Under the pieces are notes generated by a model. That model saw only the letters and a program-made list of their open reading frames with translations. It was not told the origin of the DNA and made no database searches. Shown here piece after piece: positions 13,032-26,376 of a DNA stretch of 64,000 nt. Position 1 is the first letter of the stretch. The number at the start of each line of letters is the position of its first letter. Source of the stretch: Eledone cirrhosa (taxonomy: Eukaryota); the NCBI GenBank assembly GCA_964016885.1, contig OZ024741.1, positions 233,616,001 through 233,680,000 on the forward strand, in the 5' to 3' direction. Position numbers and translations under genes: made by a program.

Positions 13032-13489
13032 ACATAAACATATATGTGGGTATGCATGTATGTGTGTGTGTTAAAACAACACAATTACTTGACCTTTGTG
13101 TTTAGCGGACTCCACTCTGTTGTTCTCAGTCTCCGTTTTGGGGATAACTCTTCCCTCTTTCCCATCAGTTTCGTGGGCTCTGAAAAGACTTATGGACATG
13201 CTCTTCCCTCTGACAAACAGCTAAAAAAAATACCGGGGCCTGACCGACTTCTCCTTTATCGCACCGCTCGCCGTCGATGCCTCGGTCCCTGAACTGCTAA
13301 TGAAGTATCCCCGTGAGGTGGAGTGGCTGTAGCAGTGGGTGTTGCTGGCCATTCTCCGCGACAATGCCATGTTGTCCAAAGGGCGCAGCTGAAACATAAA
13401 TCTCAGACTCCCTTCTCCTTCCCTTTCTTCCGTTGCTTAATTTCTTTTCGTTTTCCTTATTGCCATTTTATCACTTTCAAAAAATATAA

Positions 13490-13660
13490 GTGGCTTCGCT
13501 GGGGCCGCTGGCAATGTGGTTCTTGTCATTGTTGGCGGCTCACCTTACCAACGTATCAGGTGATGCCCGTGAGGAACTTCGTTATCCCAGCGTCTTAGCC
13601 TCGCTATCACCCATGGTAATGCTGCGAGTGTGTTGGCTTGCCTCAAAACCTAGAAGAAAA
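13490..13660 (+). mobile_element. 3' fragment of a CRE-clade non-LTR retrotransposon
   Basis: SGDAREE... similar to the TGDAREGTWLFQHLSLAITPGNAACVL terminus at 51109-51291. Confidence 0.6.
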
Positions 13661-14269
13661 ATCCAGCACTCCTTGTGGTGTATTTGAGTATGCGTCTTCT
13701 CCCAAATTTTCCTCTTAAACTCTGAGGAAACTGGTTGTGGTGATTCCTATCGGTAGAAAAAATATACAGTGAAGTTCATGGTTTGGGGATAAGCAGTCCC
13801 ATAGCTAGAGTACTTATAGTGCCATCCCCATAAAACATACTGGATATATTACACAATGACTCCCTCTTAAAGTTATAAAAATATATATTAACGTGGTCCT
13901 TCAACTATGAGTAATGAAATCATTTATTGGTGTATAGAAATATCGGATGTATTAGTCATTCTTTGTTTTACTTTAATTGTATAAATTTACAGTAGAATAA
14001 CGTTGCAAATATGTTTTAAATATATACAATACATAAATAACATAACAAATTTTATTCATAGTTGTATAAATAACATTACAAATCGTTTGCAATTCTTTCA
14101 GAATGAACATATAAACAGAGCATATAAATAAATTTACAGTAGAAGTTATATACATAAATAACATTACAAATGCTTCGATAACATTATAAATAGCTCGCGA
14201 TTCGTTCAGAAAGATATATTCTTTTAATGTTATAATATTAAAGAAAATGTAAAGGAAGGGGTGAACAAC

Positions 14270-14520
14270 CGAGCTAACACCAGAGCAAAAGACAGCAACA
14301 TCGCGAGGAGTACTGGGCAACCTCTCTAATGATTTTTGAAGCAAGCCAACACACTCGCAGCGTTACCTCGTGTGATGGCCAGGCTGATGCGCTGAAACAG
14401 CCAAGCGCCTCGCGAGATTCGCCAGTTACCTCTATTAGGCGAACCGCCAGTGAAGTGAGGAACCTCGCAGTCAGCGGCCCGACTCCCCCAAACGTTGTTT
14501 CAACATTAAAACCACTTTTA
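14270..14520 (-). mobile_element. 3' fragment of the CRE-clade element
   Basis: Reverse complement is similar to 51090-51340. Confidence 0.65.
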
Positions 14521-14639
14521 TTTCAATGCAGTCTATACAGGCTTATACAGTAGACTCAAAAGTGTCGCCCTGTGTGGAGCACTATCTATGCTGTAATGAG
14601 AAGAAAAATCTTGACACTTCCTAGGGATGTCCTTTCATC

Positions 14640-14644
<5 letters not shown>

Positions 14645-14705
<61 letters not shown>
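14645..14705. repeat. (GA)n microsatellite
   Basis: Perfect dinucleotide run. Confidence 0.95.
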
Positions 14706-14706
<1 letters not shown>

Positions 14707-15064
14707 ATTTCTCTCTCTTAGACGAAGGGTTAGTACCAACATTTCCGATTCTCCCACTCATTACGCATACGAAATCAGCTTATAACTTTTATGTTCTTCC
14801 AGTTGTTATTCATGGCAGTATAACATATACAAGTTAGGAAATGGAACTTGGGATTTCATTCCAAAATCAACGTCTTTAGGTTTCGAAAGATCTTTTAAAA
14901 CAAAATATTTATTTCATCAGCATCATCATTATCACCGTTTTATGTGCGTTTTCCAATGATTGTCACGTTCGAAGGCTACACGGATCGGATGACCAAGTCC
15001 TGCTCATATATTCCAGATTGACATGGTTTCTACAATTGGATGTCTTTCCTAATATCCACTTTAC

Positions 15065-15420
15065 ATCGTGTACTGGGTGTGTTTTATTGTAACATCAATG
15101 CTACCACTTTTACAAGGTGGGCTGTGCGTGTTTTATCATTTCACCAACACTAACACTTTTACAAGGTGGGTTGTGTGCGTTTTATCATGGTACTTGCTCT
15201 ACCATTTTACAAAGTGGGTTGGGTGTATTTTATCATGGCACCAACACTACCATTTTACAGATTAGACTGGGTGCATTTTATCATGGCACTAACACTACCA
15301 CTTTACAAGGTGGGCTGGATGTGTTTTATCATAACACCAGCACTACCACTTTACAGAGTAGGCTGGAGGTATTTTATCACAGCACCAGTGCTACCGTTTG
15401 CAGAGTGCACTGGTTGTGTT
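15065..15420. repeat. ~49-bp minisatellite, about 7 diverged units
   Basis: Recurring GGGTG..TTTTATCATGGCAC(C/T)AACACTACCA(C/T)TTTACA; lies within an RTE/SINE 3' tail. Confidence 0.8.
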
Positions 15421-16097
15421 CGAGTGTTATTAATGCATTTATGAATTATTCATTATTCTTGTAAAATTACTGAATTGTATCTAGCATTTAGAAACCATGG
15501 TGCAGTAGTGTGTTATGTCAATGTAAACGATCATTGTGCAGTAACAGCAGGTTAAATTCCTTGCATTATTTAGCTGTATCTTTTTGCATTTGGAATTTGA
15601 GTTCTGTTAGATGTGAATTTGGTGTTTTGTCTTTCTGGGTGTCAAATTACCTTTTGTCTGTTATTAAAATAAATACCAGTCTTGTATTGGTATCAATTTA
15701 ACTAACATTTAACAGACAATTCACTCAAAATTTGAAGTTTTCTGTCAGCACATCCTTGTGAAGACTGACGCTCCCCCCTCCCATATCCAATGTTGCCTCC
15801 ATTCAATCAACAACCAATTTACAGAGTGTACTGCTTCAAATTATCACGTCACCAACAGTAGAGGGGATCCTACATGATAGAGAGGTCCATCAACTCAATC
15901 TTCATCATTCCCGTTCATTCAAAGCCAGAGAAAGGTAATGTGTCTGTCTGTGCCTGTGTGTGTGTGTGTATCTATCTGTGCCTCTGTGTACTAGATACTT
16001 GTACCTATCTTTCTACCAATGATAAGCAATATTTCTTCAACTAATCAATGAAGGATATTCTGTTTTGTTGCAGAGCTCAGTCAGGGATTAATACAAA

Positions 16098-16175
16098 ATG
16101 TCAAAAGACATAAAGAAGAATTCTGTTATACTCTTCAAATCTCCAGCAGAAAGTGAAAATGACATATTTCAAGTG
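16098..16175 (+). CDS. UROS: Uroporphyrinogen-III synthase, coding exon 1
   Basis: Acceptor TTGCAG ending at 16073; ATG 16098, MSKDIKKNSVILFKSPAESENDIFQV; donor GTAAG, phase 0. Confidence 0.85.
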
Positions 16176-17212
16176 GTAAGCTTATGTGTTTGCTATCTTT
16201 TTATCCTCTTTCTCATCATCATCATTATCATCATTTTAACATTGACTTTTCCATGCTGGCATGAGTTGGACAACCTTTTTTGAGGCAATGTTATACAGCT
16301 GGATGCCCTTCCTGACACCAACTCTTTTAGTTGCTCACAATAAAAAAAATACATAGACCTTCCATCAGTTTCCATGAGGAGTTTTCCATTTATTCAATCA
16401 ACGGAACATTGCATGGCAGTGTAGTTAGAGAGTTTGCTTCTAAACTGTAAGATATATATATCATCACCATCATCACCGTTTAATGTCTATTCTTCTATGC
16501 TTGCATGGGTCAGATGGGTCGTCCATGTTATTTGACAAGTCTGGCCAGCTGGCCGCACTGGAACTTGCTCAAACAGAACTGTATTTTGGCTGGGATTTTT
16601 ACAGCTGGATGCCCTTCCTAACACCAACCACATTTACAGTGTGGAACTGAGTGGTCCCATTTATGAAGGAAGTCTGGCCAGTTGGCAGTGCCATGCCTTG
16701 ATCATAGTGGGGCCATGTTACTGGGTGGTCCTGTTACAAGGTAAGTTTGGCCAGATGGCCGGGCTGCACCTCACTCATGTCAGAACTGTTTGTTGGTTGG
16801 GTTTTTACAGCTGCTGGATGCCCTTCCTAATATCTACCACATTTACAGTGTGGAACTGGGTGGCACCATTATATATATATATTTGTGGGTGAGTGTGTGT
16901 CTGTATCATCATTATGTCCTGTAATTTAGTGGTTCAACCAAAAAGATTGATAAGTGCTGGAGTTGATATGATCATCTCTTTAATGTTGTCTTCCAACATG
17001 GCCACTGTTTAATGAAGTCAAAATGATTAATGTACCAAATTTACAAGTTTGTATAATTATTAATTGGCAGAGTTGTTAGGGCATCGGATTAATAATGCTT
17101 CAGTATTCGTTCCAGTTCACTGCATTGTGAGTTCAAATCCTGCCAAGGTCAGCTTTGCCTGTCATCCTTTTGAGGTTGACAAACAAAGTACCAACTCAGT
17201 AACGGGATCAAA

Positions 17213-17245
<33 letters not shown>

Positions 17246-17634
17246 GGAATAAATCAGTTGTGTTACAACCTGAAGGGCAATGGGTTCCAACAGATTTCAA
17301 ATGTGCAAGATATGCCATGTTTCAAGACAGTGTCCTTATTACTCTATCAGGAGTTAGTGCCAAGCGGCGCTTTACCTTACCAATACTATCACAGTCATTA
17401 TTAACAGCATGGAGTCACTAGTGTAATATTAAAATATTAAAAAAATAACACAACCACTATCAGGTAAAGTAGTTAAATGAGCTTCTATAACCGAATGACT
17501 GTTATAATGTACAATTGTTGATATTATTTAGGAAACTGGATACCAACCTACCTCGTTTTCAACTAGCAATAACCACGCCTCGCTGTTATTGCTAGTTGAA
17601 AAATATATTGACTCTCAAGCTTCTACTGCACAAG

Positions 17635-17968
17635 AGACGTTGAAGAGCATCCTGCATGAACTAGGACATGGGAGATTTGTGTCAGCTTATGCTGACGATG
17701 TCACCATTGAAGTGTTGAGCGCCAAACATATTGAGGTGATAGGCACTGCTCTGAAGGAATACAAACTGCTGACAGGAGTGAAAATTAACCAGGAAAAGTC
17801 AGTGGGCCTGCAACTCAGCTCATGGAGAGGCAGATCCATGCCATCCAATAGCATCATCAGGAACTGGACAGACAGACCAGTTAAATTGCTCAGGGTGTGG
17901 TTCAGTCCAGACCTCCAGATGGACAAAAACTGGGATGAGGTGAGGAACAGGGTGGCCATTCACACTTA
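17635..17968 (+). mobile_element. Tx1/L1-clade RT fragment
   Basis: SAYADDVT...GVKINQEKSVGLQL; homologous to the element at 28954-30900. Confidence 0.85.
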
Positions 17969-18252
17969 GATGGTGAGAATGGCCACCCTGTTCTCACCTT
18001 GGTGATGATAGGGTGGTGGATTGGAAGAATCGTTAGAGCGTTGGACAAAAATGCTTTGTAGCATTTAGTTATGGCCCTTTATGTTCTGAGTTCAAATCCC
18101 CCAAGGTCAATTTTGCCTTTCATCATTTCCAAGGTCAATAAAATAAAGTATCAGTCAAGTACTGGGGCCAATGAAAACTTTCACTTCCCAAAAAATTACT
18201 GGCCTTGTGCCAAAATTAGAAGCCATTAATAATAATAATAATAATAATAATA

Positions 18253-19330
18253 GGGCATTATTGAAAATGATAATGCTAAGATCCTGTGGGACTTTGTGAT
18301 ACAGTGTGACCATGAGATTGAGCATAAGAGACCAGATATTGTATTAATTGAGAAAGAAAGCAGTGTTGGATCATAGATATAGCTTGTTCAGCTGATAACA
18401 AGGTATGTGATAAAGGAAACAAAATTGATAGATATGACAGGTTACCTTGTGAAGTTAAGCAGTTGTGGTCACTGAAAAGGGTGGTGATAATACCAATAGT
18501 AGTTGGAGTCTTGGGAATAGTGAGTAAAGATCTTGAGAAGTACATTAACCCTTTAGCATTTAAACCAGCTGTATCCGGCCAGAACTCTCTCACCTCTTTC
18601 TGTTCAAACTGGCTGTAACAGGCCACTCAGACTTATGTTACGGTATTGTCCTCAAAATAAATAATCTCAACAGCTCATAGATTCGATATTATATGAGATA
18701 ATTATGCGAAATAAAGTATTTACCATGAAAATATAATAGTAAATATAAAGTAATGTAAATGCTAAAGGGTTAAACAAATAGGGATTGTAATATGGATGGA
18801 ACACTTACAAAAAACAGCATTGCTTAAAATAGCTCAAATACTCCGAAGGATACTTGAAAAATAAGGAGTGTTACCTCAGTTCACTGGTAGTGAACAGCTG
18901 ATACTGTAAAACACCTCCAACATTAGAAGCTGAGTGAAGAAATAATAATAATAACGGTGATAAAACAAGCAAAAAGGATTCCCAGTGATAAAAAAAACAA
19001 AAGGGATTCCCAACTTGAAAAGCCCAGGACCATATTGGGTACAAGAGTATTGGTTGAAATATTTGACTGCATTACATGAGAGGATAGCTTTGCAAATGAA
19101 CAATATGATTAACAACAAATTTTATTAAACGCTCAGACAAAATACACCTTAAAAAGTAGGGAAAATTTAACCATTTGCTCTCTATTGACGATTTGAAGGT
19201 CTTAACTAAGACTGAGAGTGAGATAAATGGATTGTTTTCTACAGTACAGATATTCAGTAGGAATAACTGAATGGAGTGTGGCATTCCTCCAGAAAATGAC
19301 ATTCCTAGGATTTTGAGAAGGGTGATGGGA
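18253..19330 (+). mobile_element. R4/Dong-like (restriction-like endonuclease) LINE fragments
   Basis: KILWDFVIQCDHEIEHKRPDIVLIEK...IIDIAC RLE motif; later an RT piece with HLLSIDDLK; interrupted by a MITE. Confidence 0.7.
18549..18769. mobile_element. piggyBac-type MITE
   Basis: TIRs CCCTTTAGCATTTA / TAAATGCTAAAGGG flanked by a TTAA duplication; removing it restores the LINE frame EKYIKQIGI. Confidence 0.88.
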
Positions 19331-19454
19331 ACATAAACCCCAGGAGAAAATAACCAAGAGTTCCTAGGTCATTAGTTAAGACTCACCCCCTTGGTTTAGT
19401 AATGCGACAAAAGAACAACCTGTGAAAGAAGAAATAATAATAACAATGATTTCT

Positions 19455-20030
19455 ACTATAAGCACAAGGCCAGCAATTTTCGGGGAGGGGAAAGTCGATT
19501 AAATCGACCCTAGTGCATTGCTGGTGCTTTATTTTATCGACCCCGTTAGGATGAAAGGCAAAGCTAACCTCTGTGGGATTTGAACTCAGAACGTAAAGGG
19601 CCGTAAGGGCTCTGTGTTGTAAAGCAGGGTGTCCAGCGCTCTACCGATACTGCACACAGGCAATGGATTGTTTGAGTGTCAGACAAAATACTTAGCAGCA
19701 TTTGTTCCTGGTCTTTACATTCTAAGTTTAAATCCCACCAAAGTCAACTTCACCTTTCATCCTTCCAAGGTTGATAAAAAAAATATCCTAGACAGGTACT
19801 GGGGTTGATCTAATCAACTTTGCTCTCCCCTAAAATATTGCTGGCTTAGTGCCTAAATTAAAAACCTACAGTAGATGATTGACAGAATCAGTAGAGTATC
19901 AGACAAATTGCCTTATGGTATTTAATTACAGCTCTTTACACAGTGAGTTCAAATCACACTGAGGTCAACTCTGCCTTTCATTCTTCCAGGGTCAATAAAA
20001 TAAAGTACCAGTCATGTAGCGGGGTCAGTT
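19455..20030. mobile_element. Cluster of tRNA-derived SINEs (representative of many copies in the window)
   Basis: B-box-like GAGTTCAAATC plus the conserved core GGTCAACTTTGCCTTTCATCCTT...GATAAAATAAAGTACCAG; also near 9890, 17060, 18020, 20830, 42050, 43410, 61150 and 61960. Confidence 0.75.
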
Positions 20031-20173
20031 TTCCTTTTCCCTAAATTGATGAATGTGTATTAGAAACCATTAAGGACGATGGATTGGCAGAATCTCTTTG
20101 CCTCAAATTTTCTGGCCTTGTGCCCTAAATATGAAACAGTTATCATCATTGATGGTCATCATCATCATCATCA

Positions 20174-20205
<32 letters not shown>

Positions 20206-20227
20206 GATAATGTTTCCCTATTTACAG

Positions 20228-20411
20228 GAGTTACAGAAATCTCAACTAACTGTCAATGTTATTCCAGTGCTGACATTTCAGTCTTTGCAGACTGACATCT
20301 TGGCTCAGAAGCTTGCTGGAGACCCAACTAACAAATACAGTGCTATTATCTTCACCAGCACTCGCAGTGTGATGGCAGTTGAGTCTGCTATTCAGCAACT
20401 AACAGCATATG
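20228..20411 (+). CDS. UROS: Uroporphyrinogen-III synthase, coding exon 2
   Basis: TTTACAG|ELQKSQLTVNVIPVLTF...YSAIIFTSTRSVMA...|GTAAG; matches the UROS IPVLSF and IFTSPRAVEA motifs. Confidence 0.92.
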
Positions 20412-21179
20412 GTAAGTTAGATTCTGAACTATATAAAGCTGAGCTAAACCTTAACTGCAGCAGAGTTTGTCTTTATTGTTTAGCTCCAGGTTAACCCTAA
20501 TAGAGTAAACATATGATGAAAGATGTTCTGGCCATGACCATCCCATCAATTTTTACATAGTTCATTTCAGACTGCAATATCCAATATGTCCTACCCTTTT
20601 TTTTTCTAAATGACAATGTAGTGTAATTTGGAGGAAATTCAGCTATTATTTCTAACAAGTCAAGCAACAATGTAATGCGTTGCTTATTTTGTTGCTGTTT
20701 AGCTCCAAGTCATCTGTTATCAGTCAGAACTAGGAGCGAAGGCATTCCAGCCATTGCTAACCCATCTTTTTTAGGGTTGTGTAGGACTGCATTATTCAAT
20801 ATAAGTTTCTTATTTTAAACGATAAGCCAGTGAATTGGCAGAGTCATTAGGGCGTTGGATTAAAAATGCTATGGTATTTTTCAGTTCAAATTCTGTTGAT
20901 GTCAACTTTACCTTTCATCCTTTCGAGGTTGATAAATAAAGCACCTGTCCAGTACTGGCTTCGATTCTTCTTCCTATATCTCTATTTATCAGTTTCTCTC
21001 TAAGAGAAATCAGCTGTTTCCACACTTGGAGAGAGATGGGTTCTGCCAGGTTTAAAATGTCAAAATGGCAACCCTATAACTTCTTCAGACATTAAGGGCT
21101 CTTTAACCCCTCATCTGTGATGCCATAGGCAGTGACACTTTCTCCAGCAGCAATCTGATGCAGTCTGCAAATAATTCAG

Positions 21180-22100
21180 GCTCTGGTGCACTTCAGGCTG
21201 AGGAGGGTAAACTCTCCAAATATTGGTCGCTCTCTGACAGGTTTGAAGTTGAGCCTGTAGCAGTGGAGACTTCTGGTGTCCTTTGGCCCTAGGACCACCT
21301 CCCTTCTCACCACCATCGGCACAGAGTTGACTACCTGCAAGTGTGAGCCTCACCAGCTGGAATGGCTCTTCCATCCTCTGGGGAAACACCTTCTCTATTC
21401 TGTCTGCTAGGGACGCAGGGCGGCCAGCACACGCTTATAATAGTGAGAGATGGGGAGAGCGAGAGAGACAGAGGCAGTGACTATATCAGCATTGTTGAAG
21501 TAGTAGAGTTAAAGGTTAAGTGATTTTACAATAAATAGGTCATATATACTTATTTTTTATTTCTAAAGATGGTAAATTTGAGGCAGATTTGGCTACTGTT
21601 TCTGATGGTTATAAGTTAAATCATCTGAATCTATTATCCTCAATAGAGTGTTGTATGAATTGGAACCTAAACCAATATTAGATCACTTCATGTTGATATA
21701 GTGTTCATATACAATAATTTGAAAGGTGGTGGAAAAGACTCATTCTCTCTTATATACACATACATACACCAGGTCCAAATATAAAAGAACCAAACTTCCA
21801 CTGTCACTACCTCCATCTCTCCCACTCTCCCCATCGTGAACAAATGCAAGCCCATGCGCTGGCTGCAGTGAACTGGCTGCCCCACAGCCCAAGCAGACAG
21901 AATAGAGAAGGCGTTTCCCCAGAGGAGGGTGAGGGAGACGTGTTGGAAAAGCCATTTCAGTTCATGAGGTTCACACTTGCAGGTAGTCAACTCCGTGCCG
22001 ATGGTGGTGAGAAGGGAGGTGGTCCTAGGGCCAAGGACACCAAAAGTCTCCACAGCCACAGGCTCAACTGCAAACCTGTTGCAGAGAGACCGATGTAGCG
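21180..22100 (-). mobile_element. Two CRE-clade 3' fragments (about 21180-21420 and 21880-22100)
   Basis: AVETFGVLGP...WLFQHVSLTLLWGNAFSIL; the two pieces resemble each other. Confidence 0.7.
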
Positions 22101-22388
22101 CCAGGTCAGATCTGATTTTAACACACCTTTAATCAGAGTTGCTTTCTTTCGTATCTATTTTTATTTTTATGGCTGTTAAATGAGATTGGCTGCTATTTCT
22201 TAATAATCACCATGATTATTGGCATCATTATCAACATCATCACCCTCATAAACATCGTTGTCATCATTATCATCACCATCATTATCATTATCGTCATCAT
22301 CATCATCATTGCTAGCATTATCACCATCATCATCATCACCATCACCATCATTATTATCATAAATACTTTGTTGTTTTATCTTATTTAG

Positions 22389-22451
22389 GTAAGAAGACTG
22401 CCTGTAAGGACCTGGAATGCTTTGTGGTTGGCAAGAGTACAGCAACTGCAG
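22389..22451 (+). CDS. UROS: Uroporphyrinogen-III synthase, coding exon 3
   Basis: TTATTTAG|(G)KKTACKDLECFVVGKSTATA|GTAGT; matches UROS YVVGNATA; phase 1-1. Confidence 0.85.
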
Positions 22452-22595
22452 GTAGTGTAAGATTTATCAGTAAAAACATAACATTGTACTATAGTTATAA
22501 TCATAGGTGGCAAATCAGCACAGTCATTAGAATGTTGGATAGAATCCTTCCAGTTCTGTGCTCTGAATTCAAAACCCACCGATGTCAACTTTGCT

Positions 22596-23730
22596 TTTCA
22601 GAAAGGAAAATAGGGCCCAGATTCCGTCTGGGTAATGGCCTTGCTTAGTATGTAGGAAAGGAGTAGTTAGAAATTCCATTCTATGTCCGAAATGCAAGCT
22701 ATGGGTACATAAAAGTTGTAATGGGATCACAGGCAAGCTATCAAAGAATAGAGGTGTTATATGCGGCTGATGCACAGGTGCAGTAAGTAGCAAATGCCCA
22801 CAGGATACTAGCTACTTGAAATGCCCAGACGGTTCTGTAGACATAGTCAACAGTTTCCATTACCTGGGTGACAAAATCAGCAGTGGAGGAGGGTGTTTCA
22901 AAAGTATAGTAGCCAGAGTAAGAAGGGGATGGAAGAAGGGAGCTACTCTCACTGTTAGCTACAAAAAGTTTTTCCCTTAAAATGAAAGAGAGATTGTATG
23001 ATGCATGTATACAAACAGCAATATTGCATGGTATTGAGACTTGGGCACTGTGTGCAGAGGACCTGCAAAGATTGGAAAGAAATTAAGCATGCATGCTCCA
23101 ATGAATGGCAAAGCGTAAATGAACTGAGAGAGAAATTAGTCATAAGAGGGATCAGATGCAGTATACTAAAGAGAGGATTATGTTGGTATGGTCATGTGAT
23201 GCATATGAAGGACGACAGCTGTATAAAAAGGTGCATGGCAATCAAAGTTGATGGAAGCTATGGAGTAGGAACACCCAGGAAGACCTGGGACGAGGTGATA
23301 AAAGCTGACTTTGTGCAATTGCACCTCTCAAAGACTGACATAGGACCGAGATCTTTTGTGTAATGCAGTAATACAGAAGACACACCTTCCCATGCGCATG
23401 GACTCAAACATACTTCTAGTAGGTACCTCTTAACCACTATACCCCCTCCCATACACCTCCCACACCCCAACACCCACCTATCCACTTCTGGCCTCACCAC
23501 CCTTACACTGTAAAGTGGTCATGTAGGAGTCAAAACAAAAAATACCCAGCACACACTGCAAATGTGGTTGACGTTAGGAAGAGCATCCAGCTGTAGAAAT
23601 CCAGCCAGGAACAATTATGTATGAGCAAGACATGGTCACCTGACCCAACTTGCCTCTAATAGGACAACCCGTCTAACCCTAACCCTAACCCGTACTAGTG
23701 TGGAAAATGGATGTTAAACGATGATGATCA
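22596..23730 (+). mobile_element. RTE-clade LINE 3' part with UTR
   Basis: LREKLVIRGIRC...WYGHVMHM...GTPRKTW; homologous to 53186-54625. Confidence 0.85.
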
Positions 23731-24007
23731 TCATCATCATATTTACGTCCGCTTTTCCCTGCTTGCAAGGGTGGGACGGGAACTGATTCTGGCTTGATTT
23801 CTACAGCTGGATGCCCTTCCTAACACCAACCTCATTTACAGTGAGTGCTGGGTGCTTTTTTGTCATGGCACATCCACGACCAGTTTGCAGTGGAATGATA
23901 GGGACCCAGTCCCTATCATCTCATTTCTACAGCTGAGTAAACTGGAGCAATGGGAAATAAAGTGTCTTGTTCAAGGAAACAAATATATATATATATATAT
24001 ATATATA

Positions 24008-24200
24008 ACGAAGGAAATGTGGTAAGGAACCAGGTGGACCATAATGCACCAAAGTACTCAATACTTAGGGTAGTAGAGTGGGTAATAGGAACAAGTAGGA
24101 CCCCGATGGCTGAGCTCAAACCGTTTCGACGGCTAATTCTGGACTGAATTAGCCGTCGAAACGGCTTGAGCTCAGCCGTCGGGGTCCTACTTGTTCCTAT
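24008..24200. mobile_element. Fold-back (TA)n-embedded element
   Basis: 55-bp arms 24085-24139 / 24146-24200, 6-nt loop, unpaired tail 24008-24084. Confidence 0.85.
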
Positions 24201-24441
24201 ATATATATATATATATGGTGTGGAGAGAGACTGGTATACATGAACAACTCTGATCATCCACTAAGAAACCCTTGCCCAGGTATGTTCTTCAGAGGGGAAC
24301 TTTCTAGGTGTAAACCCATGGTCAACCATTATATATATATCAACATTATATATATATCATCATCACCATTTAACGTCTATTTTTCCACACTTGCATGGGT
24401 TAGATGGCTTGCTATGTTATGAGATAAGTCAGGTCAGGTAA

Positions 24442-25230
24442 CCCACTATGGGCAGAGGACCTATGGAGATTGGAAAGGAATGAAGCTTGTATGCTTTGGT
24501 GGATGTGCAATACTAATATACAAGAACGGCAAAACATAAATGAACTGAGAGAGAAACTAGGCATAAGCTGGATTAGATGCATTGAGAGAAGTTTGCAATG
24601 GTATGGACATTTGATGCATGTGGAGGATGGCAACTGTATCAAAAGATGCAAGGTACTCAATGTTGATAGAAACTATGAAAGAGGAAGATCTAGGAAAGCT
24701 TGGAATAAAGTGATAAAAGTTGTCTTTGCCCAATTAAACCTCCCAAAGGAGATTACACAGGATCATGATTTCTTCATTTCTTGTGCCAAACCTGTAATGT
24801 GATGATTAAAAAGTCATTGTCATTCATTAGGGAAACAGTGTGCATTAGGGATTCGCAAATTCCATCTTTTAATTCGTCTGACAGTTCAGATTGATGTGCA
24901 TGTGCATATATAATAGTTACCATTGTTCTATTTAGAGCTAGTCTAAGTTTAATGATTCTTTCATTCACTCTGTTTACAGTAATTACCTTATCAACCCATT
25001 TTTCAGCTAACATGATATCTATTTCACCCAGCCCATTTTCATTGCCCACCCAGAAAAATTTGTAACATCGTTTTTTTTGCACACAAAGAGTCTAGCTGAT
25101 GTCCTCTCCATCTAGTCTCTTGTCCACAACATACATCAACTTTATTTCATTCTAGCATCTCTATAATCTCTCCTTAATCTCCCTTTCATCATGCCTACAT
25201 TGATGATGGCAGCTCTGAAGTTTTGAAATT
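24442..25230. mobile_element. Rearranged RTE LINE fragments (C-terminus on +, AP endonuclease on -)
   Basis: WYGHLMH...GRSRKAW on +; YKFFWVGNENG...EKWVDKVITVNRVNERII on -. Confidence 0.8.
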
Positions 25231-25755
25231 TACCATAAGAGGTAAAAGAAGAGGAAGATGAATACTAAAGGATGAATCGGTGTTGGCTTGTCGTGTCTGA
25301 AATAAAGAAGGTTTACATGGTCACCTGGAGATGACTGGTGGATTTATATTCATATTTTGAGTTGTGACAACATTGTTGTCCATCCAAATTAGAAACAATA
25401 AAAATGGTTGTAGTAAAAGTAGTAGTAGCAGTAGTAGTTATTGAAATGGATTAGAAGTCAAGTATTATATTTGTACAGCCATGATTTGATTGGTCTACGA
25501 GGCTATAGTGGTGAGTGGGGGAGGGTAGGAGGGAAAATGAGAAATGAGTCACAGACACCAATCATTCAGGAGTCTATTAAAAATATACCATTTGAAGATA
25601 GAGTGAGGCAGAAAAATATACCCAAATGACATTTATAAGTAAGTTGGTCAGAAAACAAAGAACATTTTGGCTTGGAGTTGTTTATATTTAGTATGGACAA
25701 ATGGATTGAGGTAAACAAGCTTTTTACATACTTTGTTCAGTTGAATACATCAAAT

Positions 25756-25799
<44 letters not shown>

Positions 25800-26340
25800 G
25801 AATTGAGAGGAATCAAATGCTGTGTGCAGGAGAGGCGGTTGCGCTGGTATGGACATGTGATGCGTATGAAGGATGACAGCTGCATAAAAAGGTGCAGAGC
25901 ACTAGAAGTTGATGGAAACCGTGGAGTGGGGAGACCTAAGATGACCTGGGATGAGGTGATTAAAGCCGACCTTACCCAATTACACCTCTCAAAGGCAATG
26001 ACACACGACCGTGACTTCTGGCCTCACGCAGTAATACAGAGCACCCGACCTCCCATGGGTACAAGCTGAAGCATATAGACAATATGCCCCCACATATGGA
26101 GGTGCCACGGCAAAAAAGCACCCAGCCCACACTGTAAAGTGGACGTGTAGGCGCCACGAAAAAGCACCCAGCACTCACTGTAAATGAGGTTGGTGTTAGG
26201 AAGGGCATCCAGCTGTAGAAATCAAGCCAAATCAGTTCCTGTATGAGCATGGCATGGTCAGCCGACCAGACACTGCCCACAACAGGACAACCCGTCTAAC
26301 CCATGCTAGCGTGGAAGAACGGACGTAAAACGGTGATGAT
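25800..26340 (+). mobile_element. RTE LINE 3' end with (GAT)n tail; close copy at 61375-61950
   Basis: RRLRWYGHVMRM...GRPKMTW plus the shared UTR. Confidence 0.85.
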
Positions 26341-26376
26341 GATGATGATGATGATGATATATATATATATATATAT

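Noticed and set aside
15065-15420. Regularly spaced repeats resembling a CRISPR array
   Set aside because: The whole ~49-bp unit repeats with no unique spacers; eukaryotic context and no cas genes. It is a minisatellite.
22200-22360. Asp-rich ORF on the minus strand
   Set aside because: A degenerate (CAT)n microsatellite in a UROS intron.
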